The position numbers and the translations under genes are program-made. The notes beneath the pieces are model-generated. The model saw only the letters and a list, made by a program, of their open reading frames with translations, made no database searches and was not told the DNA's origin. DNA of 64,000 nt from Basidiobolus meristosporus CBS 931.73 (Eukaryota > Fungi > Basidiobolomycota): the NCBI GenBank assembly GCA_002104905.1, contig MCFE01000346.1, positions 25,852 through 89,851 on the forward strand, in the 5' to 3' direction. How positions within the stretch are numbered: position 1 is the stretch's first letter; each line of letters begins with the position of its first letter. Positions 36,794 through 50,818 of this stretch are shown one piece after another.

Positions 36794-38384
36794 ATGGCCA
36801 AAGTGAAAACGAATCCTCCAGCCACCATACAGAGAGTGCCCTACAAGATACTGACCGTGGTATTCATAGCGTTGCTTCTAGATATCCTGTCCTTCACTAT
36901 TATTCTTCCCTTGCTACCAAGACTTATAGCATACTATGAAGGGATTGAAATGAACCAAGTGGTAGGTTTTCTCGTTCTGTTTGTCGTTCTGTACGAATTA
37001 CCCCGTTGAAAACCTTCCTTACAGAACACCTTGTTGGGCTCTTTGATGTATTATATCGGCCACTTTAAAAAGAACGTGATCGGAGAAACGACGGTTTCCA
37101 GGGTGGACATTGTTCTGTTGGGCGGGGTTCTTGGCTCTTTGTTCTCGCTTCTACAAAGTTTGGTGGCTCCCTTTATAGGCCGTCTATCCGATAAATATGG
37201 CCGCAGAAGGGTGCTTTTGATAACCACGGTACGTTTTCGTAGTTGGTTCAAAGGCCGCCATCTATAGACCCTAATCTCCTACGTGTATAGCTTGGCAATG
37301 CACTCTCCTGTCTCATTTGGGTGTTTGCTCATGATTTCAAGACCTTTGTGCTGTTTCGAGTGGTAGGTGGGCTGTGCGAAGGGAATGTACAGCTTTCCAA
37401 CGCTATCATTTCGGACATCACTACTCCGGAGACCCGCTCCAAGGGCTTGGTAAGAAAAAATCCACCTAACAGGAATCTGGCACCGGCACTAACCGTCAGC
37501 CCCAGGCATTGATCGGGGTAGCCTTTGCAATCGCTTTCACATTTGGCCCTGCTACAGGAGCATTCTTCGCTTCCAAAGATCTATCTGCTCTTTACCCAGA
37601 TATTGCGGAACGAGGGCTTCATCCGTACTCATACGCGGCCTTCATATCTCTGGCCTTGGTGGTCGTGGAAATCGTTTACTTGTATTTCTTCCTCGAGGAA
37701 ACGATTCACTACAGAAAACACCAGGAATCAACCGGAACAAACGAGCAGAGCAACAACGTCAAACGAGACCAGATGATACGACAGAAGATCCGGAGTCTCG
37801 GCTTTTTGAACTGGATCCATCTAGGGTTCATCTTTATCTTCTCCGGTATGGAGTATACCATCACCTTCCTTACTTTCGACATATTTGATTTCAACAACAT
37901 GCAGCAAGGAAAGTTGCTTGGCTTTATTGGAATCTTGTCTGCCCTGCTCCAGGGCGGCTATGTCCGAAGGATGGCGTACAAGGTTGGAGAGAAGCGGATC
38001 GTGATTCAAGGAGTGACCGGATGTGCGTTAGGGTTAGGGTCCATAGCATTCTTCGCTATAGGGAGGAGATCAATTTTCTGGATGTACGTGGGCGCATCCT
38101 TCCTGGCCTTTACCTCGGCGACGGTGGTAAACTGCCTCACCGCCTTGGTCTCTTTACATTGTGATCAAGAGCTGAACAATCAGTTGGCGCGCGGCCATGT
38201 GTTAGGAACGTTTCGGTCCTACGGACAGATTGGGCGCGCGGCTGGGCCGGTTGCTTCAAGCACGTTTTATTGGATCTTTGGGAGCACGTACTGCTATGGA
38301 TTTGGATGCTTAACAATGATCATCATTACCATGGCGATCTCCCGCTACGTTCAACAACCGAAGCCCGAGGAAAAGGAAGATTAG
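36794..38384 (+). CDS. MFS transporter, MFSD10/TETRAN-like
   Basis: VFIALLLDILSFTIILPLLP, GRLSDKYGRR, RVVGGLCEGNVQLSNAIISD, GVAFAIAFTFGP, GTFRSYGQIGRAAGP. Confidence 0.9.
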
Positions 38385-38748
38385 AGCCTGATCGAGTGGG
38401 TACGAGAGGGCGAGTTGGCCGAACCATTACTTGGATTTCTTCTGCCGGTGTATTTTTTTCGTATATCCATGGGCTACAGCCCAGGCGATTCTTCATTTTA
38501 TGTAGATCCCTTCCCATCATAGAACCCTTTTCTACTTGACCAACATCCACTATCGACTGCTCGGCTGGATGAATACATTATTTTAATTTTTTCAATGAAA
38601 GTACCAAAGTACATAGGTATTGCTTGTGTATTTGAGTTATTTACAGAAAATTGCTGCCCAAGTGATTAGGAGTTCCGGGAGTAACCGGCAAGGCTATTGG
38701 ATTGCTTAGTGTGGCTTCGATTCCGGCGTTACTAGGGACAGGGATAAT

Positions 38749-39954
38749 TTAAATGAGGGACATGAGCTTGGTCTTCGGTGGTTGGGAATGGAATGGGTGT
38801 AATTCTGGGCCTGTGGCCATGGATGAATCTGTCGAGAGAGTGCTGTCTCTGGAATTAACCTGATGGTTTGGCGGCACCTCATGAACTTGATAAGTCGGCT
38901 TCAACTTACTGTTCGAGCTATGAGGTATGGGGGATGGAGGGCTGATTCGTATCAGGATATCCGAGTCCTCCATGGGCCTCAAAAGGTCCGAAGGGGACTT
39001 TGGTTGTTTGTGGCCCATTTCATTCTTGAACCTGGAGAGGTAGAACGAGCGATCGTCGGACCCACTGCCACTAGTGGTGGATTCTCTGCGATTGCTGTGG
39101 AGAAGCTCCCGAACCGCTGGGTCAAATATGAACACAACGGCGTTGAGTAACCCGGCACAGGCTGGTAACACAGCCGACAGTAAATATAGGGAGAAGTAGA
39201 GTTCCCCGTGGATGAATGTGTAGAATTCGCAAAGGCAATTGAACGTTTGCGTAACAATCAGGACCACTGGGTAAAGAATGATCCGACGCATCGCCTTATT
39301 CATCTTACGGTTGACAAAATGCATATCTACTGAGATGTTGGACCGCAAGTTCTGCTCGTGCTTGTGTAGCTTGTATCCAATGAAACAAACTGCGAAGATG
39401 CAATACAGAACTACAATGAAGACCCAGCCAAATAGAGTGCATATCTCCCAGATCATGGTCCGGCTCGTATAGGTTGAGCTGTACCAGCAAGTACCTACTA
39501 CCGGGTCGGCCTCGAACTGGTTAGCGGCTAGTGGCACCAGACTGATACTAGTGGCAAGAGTCAAGGCAGAGGGAAAGTAGAATTTTTGATAGCGCACAAC
39601 ATCATATATGTCGCTGACAAATATTGCATGCAAATTGAATGCGATGGTAGCGGTCAGGAAAACCGGTAACAGCGTAAACTCCAGGTAGCCCCATAAGAAA
39701 AGTGCACACAGTTGATTTGAGGTGATTTTTCGTTGTAAAATGAGCACAAATACACTGTAGACAATATCAGCCAATGCTATCCAGAAGGTCAGCTTCAACG
39801 AGAGCCGGTTCGCCAGAAGAGGGCGGTAAACTCTTATGTACGTTATGGTGAGCACTACAAAAATGCCACCTAGAAGAGATATCGCGCTAAAAATGGAGGT
39901 AATAATACGCTTAATTTCAACCTGGTTGTCGGAGGCATCGTATATGACAGGCAT
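38749..39954 (-). CDS. 7TM receptor, Git3/cAMP-receptor-like family
   Basis: Seven hydrophobic segments; LALADIVYS, C after TM2, IAFNL, CWY in ECL2, RRIILYPVVLI, GLLNAVVF; Ser-rich tail; intronless. Confidence 0.78.
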   Translation of the reverse strand: MPVIYDASDNQVEIKRIITSIFSAISLLGGIFVVLTITYIRVYRPLLANRLSLKLTFWIALADIVYSVFVLILQRKITSNQLCALFLWGYLEFTLLPVFLTATIAFNLHAIFVSDIYDVVRYQKFYFPSALTLATSISLVPLAANQFEADPVVGTCWYSSTYTSRTMIWEICTLFGWVFIVVLYCIFAVCFIGYKLHKHEQNLRSNISVDMHFVNRKMNKAMRRIILYPVVLIVTQTFNCLCEFYTFIHGELYFSLYLLSAVLPACAGLLNAVVFIFDPAVRELLHSNRRESTTSGSGSDDRSFYLSRFKNEMGHKQPKSPSDLLRPMEDSDILIRISPPSPIPHSSNSKLKPTYQVHEVPPNHQVNSRDSTLSTDSSMATGPELHPFHSQPPKTKLMSLI

Positions 39955-40610
39955 CTCCCAAATGGAGCAGTTTCGTCAGAAAAATGGCTTCTACAGGGTC
40001 GGAAAACAGGTGAGTTATGTAGAGCGGATGTTGAATGCAGAGAGGTGGAAAGTAATCAGCGCACGAACGGGGTAATTCGTTTGGCATGATGGTTTTATAA
40101 GCTGGAGGCTGGGTGATACTAGAAACCGTTTCAAGCAAGGACAATCAATCACCATCCATAGGCTGGTGCAATCGTGACGGAATAGAGTGAGCAAGTATCG
40201 CGAGCAATGATTGCTGATATTAATGTGAGTCCCAAATCCTCCACGCGTGTTACCATGAAAAGCCTTGCGTTGGCCATTGTCCGTGTAGGGCGTTAGCAGC
40301 CATCACACTCCACCCTCCCCAAGACTATCTCGAATTCGGCATGGTGATTGGATCGCAAACTTCATACAAGTTTGGGTCTTAAACGAGGTTAACAGAGTTT
40401 GAAACACAGATCGCTCTGGGCAGATGTTTCTTATGCTATCCCGATAGATCGAATAATTATGATACAACAAAACCCACTTTTATTCAAGCAGCTTTTGTGC
40501 TGGTGTTCAAAAAATGTGACAAAATGAAAAGATCTCGACTTGTGCGCTACGCTGTGTAAAGAACTAAAGATGATACTAACTGCCAATAAGTGTTTGAAAT
40601 GCCTTGTTGA

Positions 40611-43600
40611 TTAGATAACATCCTGCTCGTTGTGGTATCCGTGTCGTCTCATTTCTGCCAACTTTCTTCTAGCATAGGTTAGCTCGATTTCAAGGTTGTT
40701 GAGCTCCATCAGCTGCTCCATCTCCTTCACCTTGAATTCATGCTTTGGCATATTGGCCAGGTCCAATTGCGTGTCTTGTTCTTCAAGTTGCTTGGCTGCG
40801 ATCGCCTTGACAGCTTTGACCATGTTCTTGGAAGCATCAGTAACAGCTTTGGAAGCCAGTTCGAGTTGCTCCTGAGTTTTGGAATACATGTTGGCCTTAA
40901 CACGAGAAGCGGCTACTAACTGTGCAGTAGCTGCAGCAACTTCGTTGGAAGCTACGATCAACTGTTCAAGAATGTGTGTTCCATTGATCACACCATCGGC
41001 AGCTTCAACCAAGAAGTTGGTGGCCACCGCCACAGCCTTGGCTGCAGAGATCAAACCCTCAGTCCAACGATTGTTTTTCTTGTAAAAGGCAGTGGTCGAA
41101 CTGGCACCCTTTCCTTCAGCGACGATCTCCTGCTGAGAAATTGTAGCACGGCGGATAAGATTAGCAATAGCGCTGGTCATTGCCATGGCGGAATCCAAAA
41201 TGGCTGAATGAACTTGATATTCAGTAGCGGTGATCTCAGGATTGCGAGGTTTGTTCATCAAGTTTGCCAATCTTGCGTTGGCTTCTTCGATAACTCTGGC
41301 TGCATTTCTCATCTCCCGCTCTACTGCATCGCCCAAATCCTCGTCACCGCTCTTGACAACAGTGGCTTTAGGGATAAGCGCCTCGGTGAGTTCGATGACT
41401 GCGGTTAAAGAGGCTTGCATATTGTGGTTGGATTCGGCGATTAGATCGGGACGATCGGTATCGGGAATGTTGGCAATGTTCTCAGATTCCATGTCTCGGA
41501 AGAATTTTTGACACACTTGCGCAGAATTCTTGGCGGCCCTGATAAGAGGCTCCACTTTGTTGTCCTCAGCAAGGCGAGATACCCCTTTAGCATTGCTCAA
41601 GAACTGAGAGATAGCTTCGGCAAAGCCAGTGGCGGCGGAAATAACCTCTGTTTGATCATCATCTCCAGACAAATACTTCATGACGTTGATAGCAAACTCA
41701 CTACTGGCAATGTAGGCTTTTTCGATCATGGAGAGTACATACTCAGGAGTAGCAGATTGGTTGCCAAGATGCACTTCAGATTCCAACTCAAAGACGGAAT
41801 CGTCTACTTTACGAATGCAGCTCTCAAGGATGGCATCCAGAATTTTGTTGAGTTTAGATCGATGAGTGGATTTCATACTCTCTAGCTTTCTTTGCATGTC
41901 TGATTCTGAGTTCGCAGAGTTGTTTTGTAGCTCGGCCAGGGCCATCAAGCTCTGGTCCATACCAGCTTGCAAAATAGCAACCTCCTCCTCTCTGCTCTCC
42001 CCTACTCGGGTAAGCTCATCACGAGCCTCTTGAATCCGCTTCAGCATTTGGTCAATGTTTCTTTGACTATCAGAAATCCCCTTTTCCAATTCTTCTCTCT
42101 TACGATTGAAATCTGACAAAAGTGTATCTGACTCTTCCACCTGAGATTTTTCAAGGCGCTCCAGTTCACTTTTAGCGTAAGAAAGCTCGCGTCTAGTTTT
42201 TGAAAGTCCTTCCCTTTGACCATACTTGAACTTCTCAAGATCAGCTCTAGCACGATCCCGATCTCTAATTTTCTCTGCCAGCTCGGAATTCTTAGCCTTG
42301 AGCTCGGCTTGTAGCCCTTCTAGCTTGGACATGATTTCGGCCACAGAGCCTGCTTTAACATTGGCTTGTTTGTATTTGCCCAGAAGTGCTAAATGCTCTT
42401 GTCTTAATTGAGAATAGAGCTTAGCCAATTGTTCATATTTAGATTTCCACATAGCTAGCTCCTCTCTCAGTGCTTTTAGCAATGCTTCTTTGTTGCCATC
42501 CCTTTGTTGCTGGGCAAAATTTAGGTTGGACAACTCACTTTCCAATGCTTTAACTCGGCGATCGTACTGAGAGAGAGTCATTTGGTTACGTTCATGTTGG
42601 CCTCGGTAATTTAAAAGCTCTTGCTCCATTTCTTGTAGTCGACCTACAACGTGCTGCTGCATCTGCTGACGAGCGAGTTGTTCCTGAGCCTGCTGTTGGC
42701 GCTCCATCATTTGTCTCTGCTGCTCTTCGTACTCACGACGTTGTTGGGCCAATTGTGCCTCCATTTGTTGTTGTCGTTGAAGCTCCTCTTGTCGTTGCTG
42801 TTCTTGCTGACGTAAAAGCTCTTGTTGGCGCTGCTCGGCTAACTGTTGTTGACGGACCATTTCCTGTTGGCGTTGTTGCTCTTGCTGCTGTAAGAGCTCT
42901 TGTTGACGCTGCTGCTCCCTCTGTAGAGCTAGTTGCTCTTGTTGTTGTTGGTACCAAAAATCCCCTGTATCTGTGACAGTTTCCTGAACAGTGGTTGAGG
43001 TAATTTGTCTAGGCGCTGCAGATGATGTTGAAGATGGTGCCACATCTTCACCGGCATCTAAGAAATTGGGGGGATCCTAAAGAGGGTAATATCACTTAAT
43101 AAGCAGTTTTGGAGAACGATATATCATTAAGTGTATAGCTTGCCTGTTGAAGGTGGGGTACTGAAATCAAGCTGGTCAAGTACTTCAGATTTGAGCATTC
43201 ATAGAAAAATTTTCGGAGTGCATAATGTTGAGCATTGAACCGTGAACGGAGTGCTTCCAAAGCTTCGTGAGCTTCGACGCCTACGCAAATACATACCACA
43301 TTTAATGACCACCTTCTTTCGAGGAGTAGGATTGATTTCTACTAAACCAAATGTGTATACTTACTTCTATGCATAGCCATCAGCATTCTGGTGGAAAATT
43401 CGTAAATACCGTAGCTCTCTTCCACAAGTGGCACCAAAGCAGCAATGCGGCACTCGTTGTTGGAAGAGGCCTGGAAATTGTTGAAAATCAACTTCTGCAG
43501 TTCATCAACACGGTCTTGGAGCGTAAGCAAATCTCCGATGGTCTCGTAACTAGAATCCAAGAGTTCTCGATAAGTGACATCACAGGTCAAACTTGAATGC

Positions 43601-44269
43601 TAATCAGCGTTACCCTTCATTGAGATCACTAATACCCTTGAGACTAATATACTCATCATAGTCAAAATTACCGTTGAACTCGGGATGAAGACGGTGATAA
43701 TCCAATTTGGCCAGCAGAAAAGATACATAGCCGCGTATGAGTACACCGTAGCCTAACCACTCGTTATTAATAACGTTGAAACGGACATTGAAATTCAAAT
43801 ACGAACCTCGGAACCCATTGCCTGGAGCAGATTGTGCTAGGGTATCAAGAAATCCAAATTCGTTGACTGCCTCTCTCAGAGTCTTATGTGACGATGTTAA
43901 ATGAGAAAAATATGTTTCAAAGAAATTGGATTCTTTGTGTACGAGAAATTACCACTGGATGACCACCTCGAATAACTTTGTGGATGGTGATGAGGGCTTT
44001 GAAACATTGAACTTCATCTGATAAAAGCGGCAGGTTCTTGAGCCCGGCCCAGAACATTTGAGAGGACTTGTGGTCCCAAGTGTATACTATGCAACCTAAT
44101 AACAGACAAATCACCCCAAATTAACATGAGGAAGCATAGGATTTCTCAGAACAAAACACTTACTTCTAACATGCTTTTGCTTAGGCGCTGTTTCCTCGGG
44201 GCTTACGGCTTTCTTGATGATAAGAGCCAACTCTTGATCACCTTTATCTCGAAATTGACGTATGGACAT
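40611..44269 (-). CDS. SLA2: Sla2/End4 (ANTH + coiled coil + I/LWEQ) endocytic adaptor
   Basis: ETAPKQKHVR, KALITIHKV, YVSFLLAKLDYHRLHPEFNGNF, ECRIAALVPLVEESYGIY, Gln-rich repeats, FYKKNNRWTEGLISAAKAVA, AQLVAASRVKA. Confidence 0.95.
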
Positions 44270-44540
44270 CTGGAAGAGTTTAGTTGACTCAAAACGAGCT
44301 GTCACGCGAAGTTATAATTATCAAGCAGTGATTATTGCGTATCTAGCTAATATCAAATCATCAGTTAGTTAGCTCTCGAATGATAACTGGTGCATACGAT
44401 CTAATTCAGCTATCACCCAATAGATAATACCTATCAGTACATGGATTTATGCGAGTGACTTGGATCCACCTTTCATAGATTGGAGCAATACTGAAGAGAG
44501 ACAACTACCCTAACCAAATCATACAAATATACAAGCTGCA

Positions 44541-45909
<1,369 letters not shown>

Positions 45910-46719
45910 ACCAAACATCTAAAAGCTGAGAAATTTCATGAAGTGCCATTTCATACTATTATCATATTTGAAGCTATTTACACCGCAACCTCTGAATAAT
46001 AAAGCATCACTACCTATTACCTTAATGGCCAACTATGCGCCGCAGCAGACCCCCTCCCCCAGGGAAGGATGGATTCGAACTCAGAATTCGGGGCAATTCT
46101 AGAATGATAGCACTGACAGGAATGATGGTATCAGCGTTGAATTCCATTCTGGCATACTTGATGTTAGCATTGATAGAGCCCAAGCTCCGGCATCTGGAGC
46201 ACAAATTAAGTGGCAAAGCTAATCACAGTCACACAACGACTTTAACGGGTGTATCTATTCTAGACTGCATAAAAAAAGGACTGGCTTTTCTGCTCAGAAA
46301 AAAAGAACCACTGAGATTAGAAAAAAAGAAAAAAAACATGCTAGATAACTGAGCACCTAGCAAAAACAATGAGTTTCTAGGAAAAAAAATCCGATGTTAA
46401 TTAAGGGTTTCATGACCTTTTGTACGTCTTTCAAGATAAGCCAATGGCACCGCTCCTCTTTGGTACGAAAATGGTAACTCCCGCGATGATGATTCTGAAA
46501 AAAGAAGGATAAATAATTCCCTAGGACGACGTAGTATCTTCGCCTTTTTGCTCTGGTAACAGTTGAAGGAACTCTGTAGTAAGAAGTTAGATAAACAAAG
46601 CTGTCATACTCATATTACAACGCACCGCGCTCAGTCAGCAGTATCTTTATCGACGTTACACTTGCTATAGTATAGTGTTATCACTCTTTACTCTTTCCTT
46701 CGTTGCATAGAACCTCAAC

Positions 46720-48275
46720 ATGAATCCAGACACCAAATTGTGCCTTAATGCGGCCAACTCTCCGGGTCGCCGTATAATGGCTGTCCGATTATCGGAAGAT
46801 ATGTTAAAAACCCTACAAAATCGAAATGGCGAGCCTATGAAGATTCACTTTGGTACTGACCAAGTGGGTGCAGTTTATAAAAGGTGCTTATCTCGGACTT
46901 GTTATTGACCCGCAGTCCACTTTGCTCCCCGTTTTTATAGAAAATTACAATTGGCTCTGCTTCTTTCAAATTCGATAAAGTGGACGAACTGCAACGAGTT
47001 CAGATATACAGAAAAGATGCTTCCAAATCTGAGCTTGATCTTGTTGGAGAAATGTCCCATAGACTAGCTGTTCAGCGTAAATTCCCTGAAAGAAGTCGAG
47101 ATAAAAGTCGCGTTCGTTTGACAACAATCGAAGGTAAGTAGCAAAGTCAAAATACAGAGCTTTTGCGTTTTTCATAATAATACTTAACCCTCCAAATAGC
47201 TCAAAAGCACGATATCAAGTCTTCTTCCATTGTTGCCAATGAGTCTGGTTCTTCCATTGAGCAGAGTATTTCCCTGAGAACAAGAATCCTTCAAATGCTT
47301 GCTCTTAAGCCAATGGGACAGGCGCAAATAGCCATGGCCGTCAAGAAGCCCAAAGATGAGCTTATCAGAACTTTGAATCAGGTTTAGTTTTCTTCCAAAA
47401 TGGTTCGATAAGCTGGTAGTTTTTACTAACAATTTCATTTCATTGAAAAGGTTGGCACTGTTTCTGGTGGCATATGGTCTCTAAAGCCAGAGTTATACAG
47501 CGAGGTTCAGATTGACGGTTGGAGGCTCTACACCACTGAACAACGTGCGACTGTTTTACTTAATGTACAAGAGGCTCTTGGTAATGAACCTAGCGATGAG
47601 CGTAGTCACACGGGCTCCTCATTGAAGCAAGAGGCGCATATATCTGTAGACTCTAATCAAGCTCAAGCTCCCTCAGTCGATACCTACAAGCGTAAAGCTG
47701 AGTCCCCTATCTTAGTGGATGATGAGCCAGCTCCAGTTCAAAATCCATTATTCGTTGTCCCTGATGGAATGAAGCATAGGTCGACTGCCCGTCCCAACGA
47801 ACTCCAACGTAATACTAAGATATGTAGAAACACTGCCACCCCTTTGAAGAAGGCAAGAGTAGTCAAGGAAACGTCTTCTATCTACAACATGAAGATTCCC
47901 AAGCGCTCCCTCTTAGTTCGTGAGAAGACTGCATCCATTCGGAAGTCGAAAGGATTCCGTATTCCCGCTGTTAAGACGGCGTCTGATTACCAAGATTTGA
48001 CTGCCCTTTTCCGAGTCAAGTATTCTAGTTACATCCGCCTAAACGAAAAGCTGTCGAAGAGACGACCAATATTCGAGAAGCTTAATGAGCAACTTCAAAC
48101 AGCCATCGGAACCCCTCAAGAATCCGAACTAAAGCGAAAAATTGACATGGAACTTGCTAAACACAATGCTAATGAGGTAACCAAATGGGCCAAGCAATAT
48201 TGCAATCTTCACCAAGAGCTCGAAGCGATCAAGAAGGAATTGTGGCGTGCGTATGAAGAGGGTTGCATGAATTAA
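46720..48275 (+). CDS. ELL: RNA polymerase II elongation factor ELL-like
   Basis: N-terminal AVRLSEDML; winged-helix block LRTRILQMLALKP..WSLKPELYSEVQIDGWRLYT; C-terminal Occludin/ELL-type IPAVKTASDYQDL..FRVKYSSYIRL. Confidence 0.75.
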
Positions 48276-48879
48276 GAGCCAGACTAAGGGGGAATCCAAT
48301 CGGCACAATTCTATCTTCGCCTTCGTCTCTATTGTTACCATATCCATATTATATAATCTATAGAGTTATCATTATCCGTTCCTTACTATCACCAAACTCA
48401 TTCCATTTATCGATCCCTCCTCCCCCCCCCTCCCTTCCACCCAATATCATCTCAACATATGCCCGTTCTGTAGCCTCTCCTTTTTTACACAGACATAGAC
48501 TGAGAGGCACACATTTGGGCTAACATTCCACTATTCACCCAACCCTCATCCTTGTATAAACAAAAGATTGGATTTCTGAAACGATATCCCCCTAATTTCA
48601 AGCCTGAAGTCTGCTACTGCTGCCACTACAGGAATAAAAATGTATGCACACCACAAAATTTGTTCTCGGCTTTTTGGATTTTTCGTGGTTTTCATTTTTG
48701 TTTTGTTAATGATGCAAATCACGTGTCATACAAACAATACAATCATCGAAATCACTGAAAGTTGTTACGAGCGTGACAAAAAAAACTCAGCGTCGAGTAG
48801 TAAATTTATCCCAAGTTTTCGTTGCAAGTGACTCGTTCCCACTGTCTCTCTTCCACCACTCTTTACCTTCTATATTCAC

Positions 48880-50402
48880 ATGTACGGAACACCACTTCAA
48901 GTTGCTGGTAACAGGATCTCCTTCAACAACCCAAATACTTCTCAAGTATCAAGCACACCTGCAGGGAATCCACCCAGATCTATGTCAAACACCAATCCAT
49001 ATGGCTCTTTGCGCCAGGCGAGTCAACCACAAGCGCGACAAAATTCTTTCGTAAGAGAAGATAGCCTCTCCAGTTCGCAGTTTTTCATGGGTTCTGAGGG
49101 AGTGACCCAAAGATCTCCACCTACGCCTAATGTTTCACAAAGCCCAAAGGCAAATTATTTACCTTCTTTCCTGATGAATGCTGCTCAAGGACAGGTAATT
49201 CCACCTGGGGTTTTCTCTTCATAGTATCCCAACTAATCTCTCCCTTCAAGCCTGCCACGTCCTATAATACTGAATTTGCCACACCCAATAAGAGAGCTTC
49301 TGGTTGGTCAAGGTATGTAGCCCAATATTCTCGCACATATTCCCATATCTTACCCAGGTCGATTGTAGTCCACAAAAACCCACTTCAGGCGGCGCTAGTC
49401 GTGATTTGTATGAATCCAGGTAGGATCCTACGCAAGTGAACCTTCCACTACCTAATACTAAGGGCATTCGATTTTCTACGTAGATCAATGAGTGCTTATT
49501 CGAATAATGAGGATGTTCCACCTTCTGAATCAATCTACGATATGGAAGCCTCACCTCAAGGTCCCAGAGATGTAAGTTGATGTTTTTCTTTTGAATCTTG
49601 TAGGGTTTGTAATCGACGTATTTTTTCGTACAGAACGGGTTTTACACTGGAGCTGCTGTCACTCGTCCTTCTGTCATGTCCGTCTCGACCTCGGCCAGCT
49701 CTGTTCCTCGTGAAAATGATATCTCGCACACAGCCCGTTTGGACCAGGAGTAAGTATAACAAAGATAATAGTAGGTGAAGTGAAAAAGTCTGATTTATAA
49801 CATCTGAATTATTTCGTAGTCGCTTGATGCAGCTGACCTCTAACTCCGTAGTTGTCTTTGGGTTCCCACCTTCGGCAACCTCATTGATTTTATCTCAATT
49901 TCGTAGCTATGGCGATGTCACTTCATATGAGATGTCCCCATCTGGCGGTAACTGGATGACTATCACCTACACATCTCGTTGGCAAGCCCATCGAGCACTC
50001 GCCAAAAATGGCAAGATTTTCAACAATTCAGTCATGATCGGCGTTGTGCCAGTTGCTCAAGACCTTAATGATAGCACCAACGGAGAGACAGTTGCTGACA
50101 TGAATTCTAGTATTAGCGGATACAACACACTGCCGCCAGTTCAATCGGTTACTGAAGAGCGCAATAGAATATCTATGCTCTCCGGATCAACAGTTGCTCC
50201 CCAAAGGGTTTCTCAGGATATACCCAGTGCCTCCTTGCTTGACTCGTCCACTTCTACCATGAGAAGAGGCAATGGTGCACCTGCACTCAACGTCAAGCAG
50301 GCCACTGACCTTCCTTCTGCCCAGCCACAGTCTCAATCGGAAGGGGCAAAGTCCGAGAATAACACATGGGGTAAAGCTTTAGATGTAATATTCGGATGGT
50401 AA
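48880..50402 (+). CDS. NUP53: Nucleoporin Nup53/Nup35
   Basis: YLPSFLM motif; RRM-like VVVFGFPP..FRSYG..GNWMTITY..QAHRALAKNG..VMIGV; C-terminal amphipathic helix WGKALDVIFGW. Confidence 0.9.
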
Positions 50403-50818
50403 TCCCGGCTGCGCAAATCCACCGGGTTTTACCTATTTTACACCAATATATTACACTTACTTTCATCCTCACCAAACGTGACTTTCATGAGGCTCAGGGG
50501 TCGCCAACCGAGCCTACGCTCGGCCTTCCTAATAATTTACACCAAGCCTTATTATTTACGTAGATAGTCATTGTAATTCAGTGTTATTATCAGGCGATCC
50601 CTCTTAATATCAATCATGTATCCTTTGTAGTACATGTACATACGCACGTATCATATTAAATTATGGTAAAGTTAAATCTAAATCTTGGATTGTTCCGTAG
50701 AGCTGGTTTATTGGGCAATTGCCGTAAAGTCAGCAGATATAGCGAATTGGTTATTTGGATGGGAATCAGATATTATCTTGTGAATATTGTGTCAATGAGC
50801 TACAAGGGTGTGGACATC

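Noticed and set aside
38711-38727. TTCGATTCC T-loop-like string
   Set aside because: Flanks do not form a T stem and there is no tRNA body.
42733-42976. Ala/Thr/Val-rich ORFs overlapping SLA2
   Set aside because: Alternate frames of the Gln/Glu-rich repeat region of Sla2.
46066-46085. B-box-like GAGTTCGAATCC on the minus strand
   Set aside because: No T-stem pairing, A box or cloverleaf; not a tRNA. At most an isolated TFIIIC site.
46035-46352. 105-aa ORF between GTR1 and ELL
   Set aside because: No recognisable motif, ends in A-run-encoded lysines; likely non-coding.
50618-50626. Perfect U12-type donor GTATCCTTT
   Set aside because: Intergenic, with no downstream U12 branch site or exon context; the real introns examined are all U2-type.
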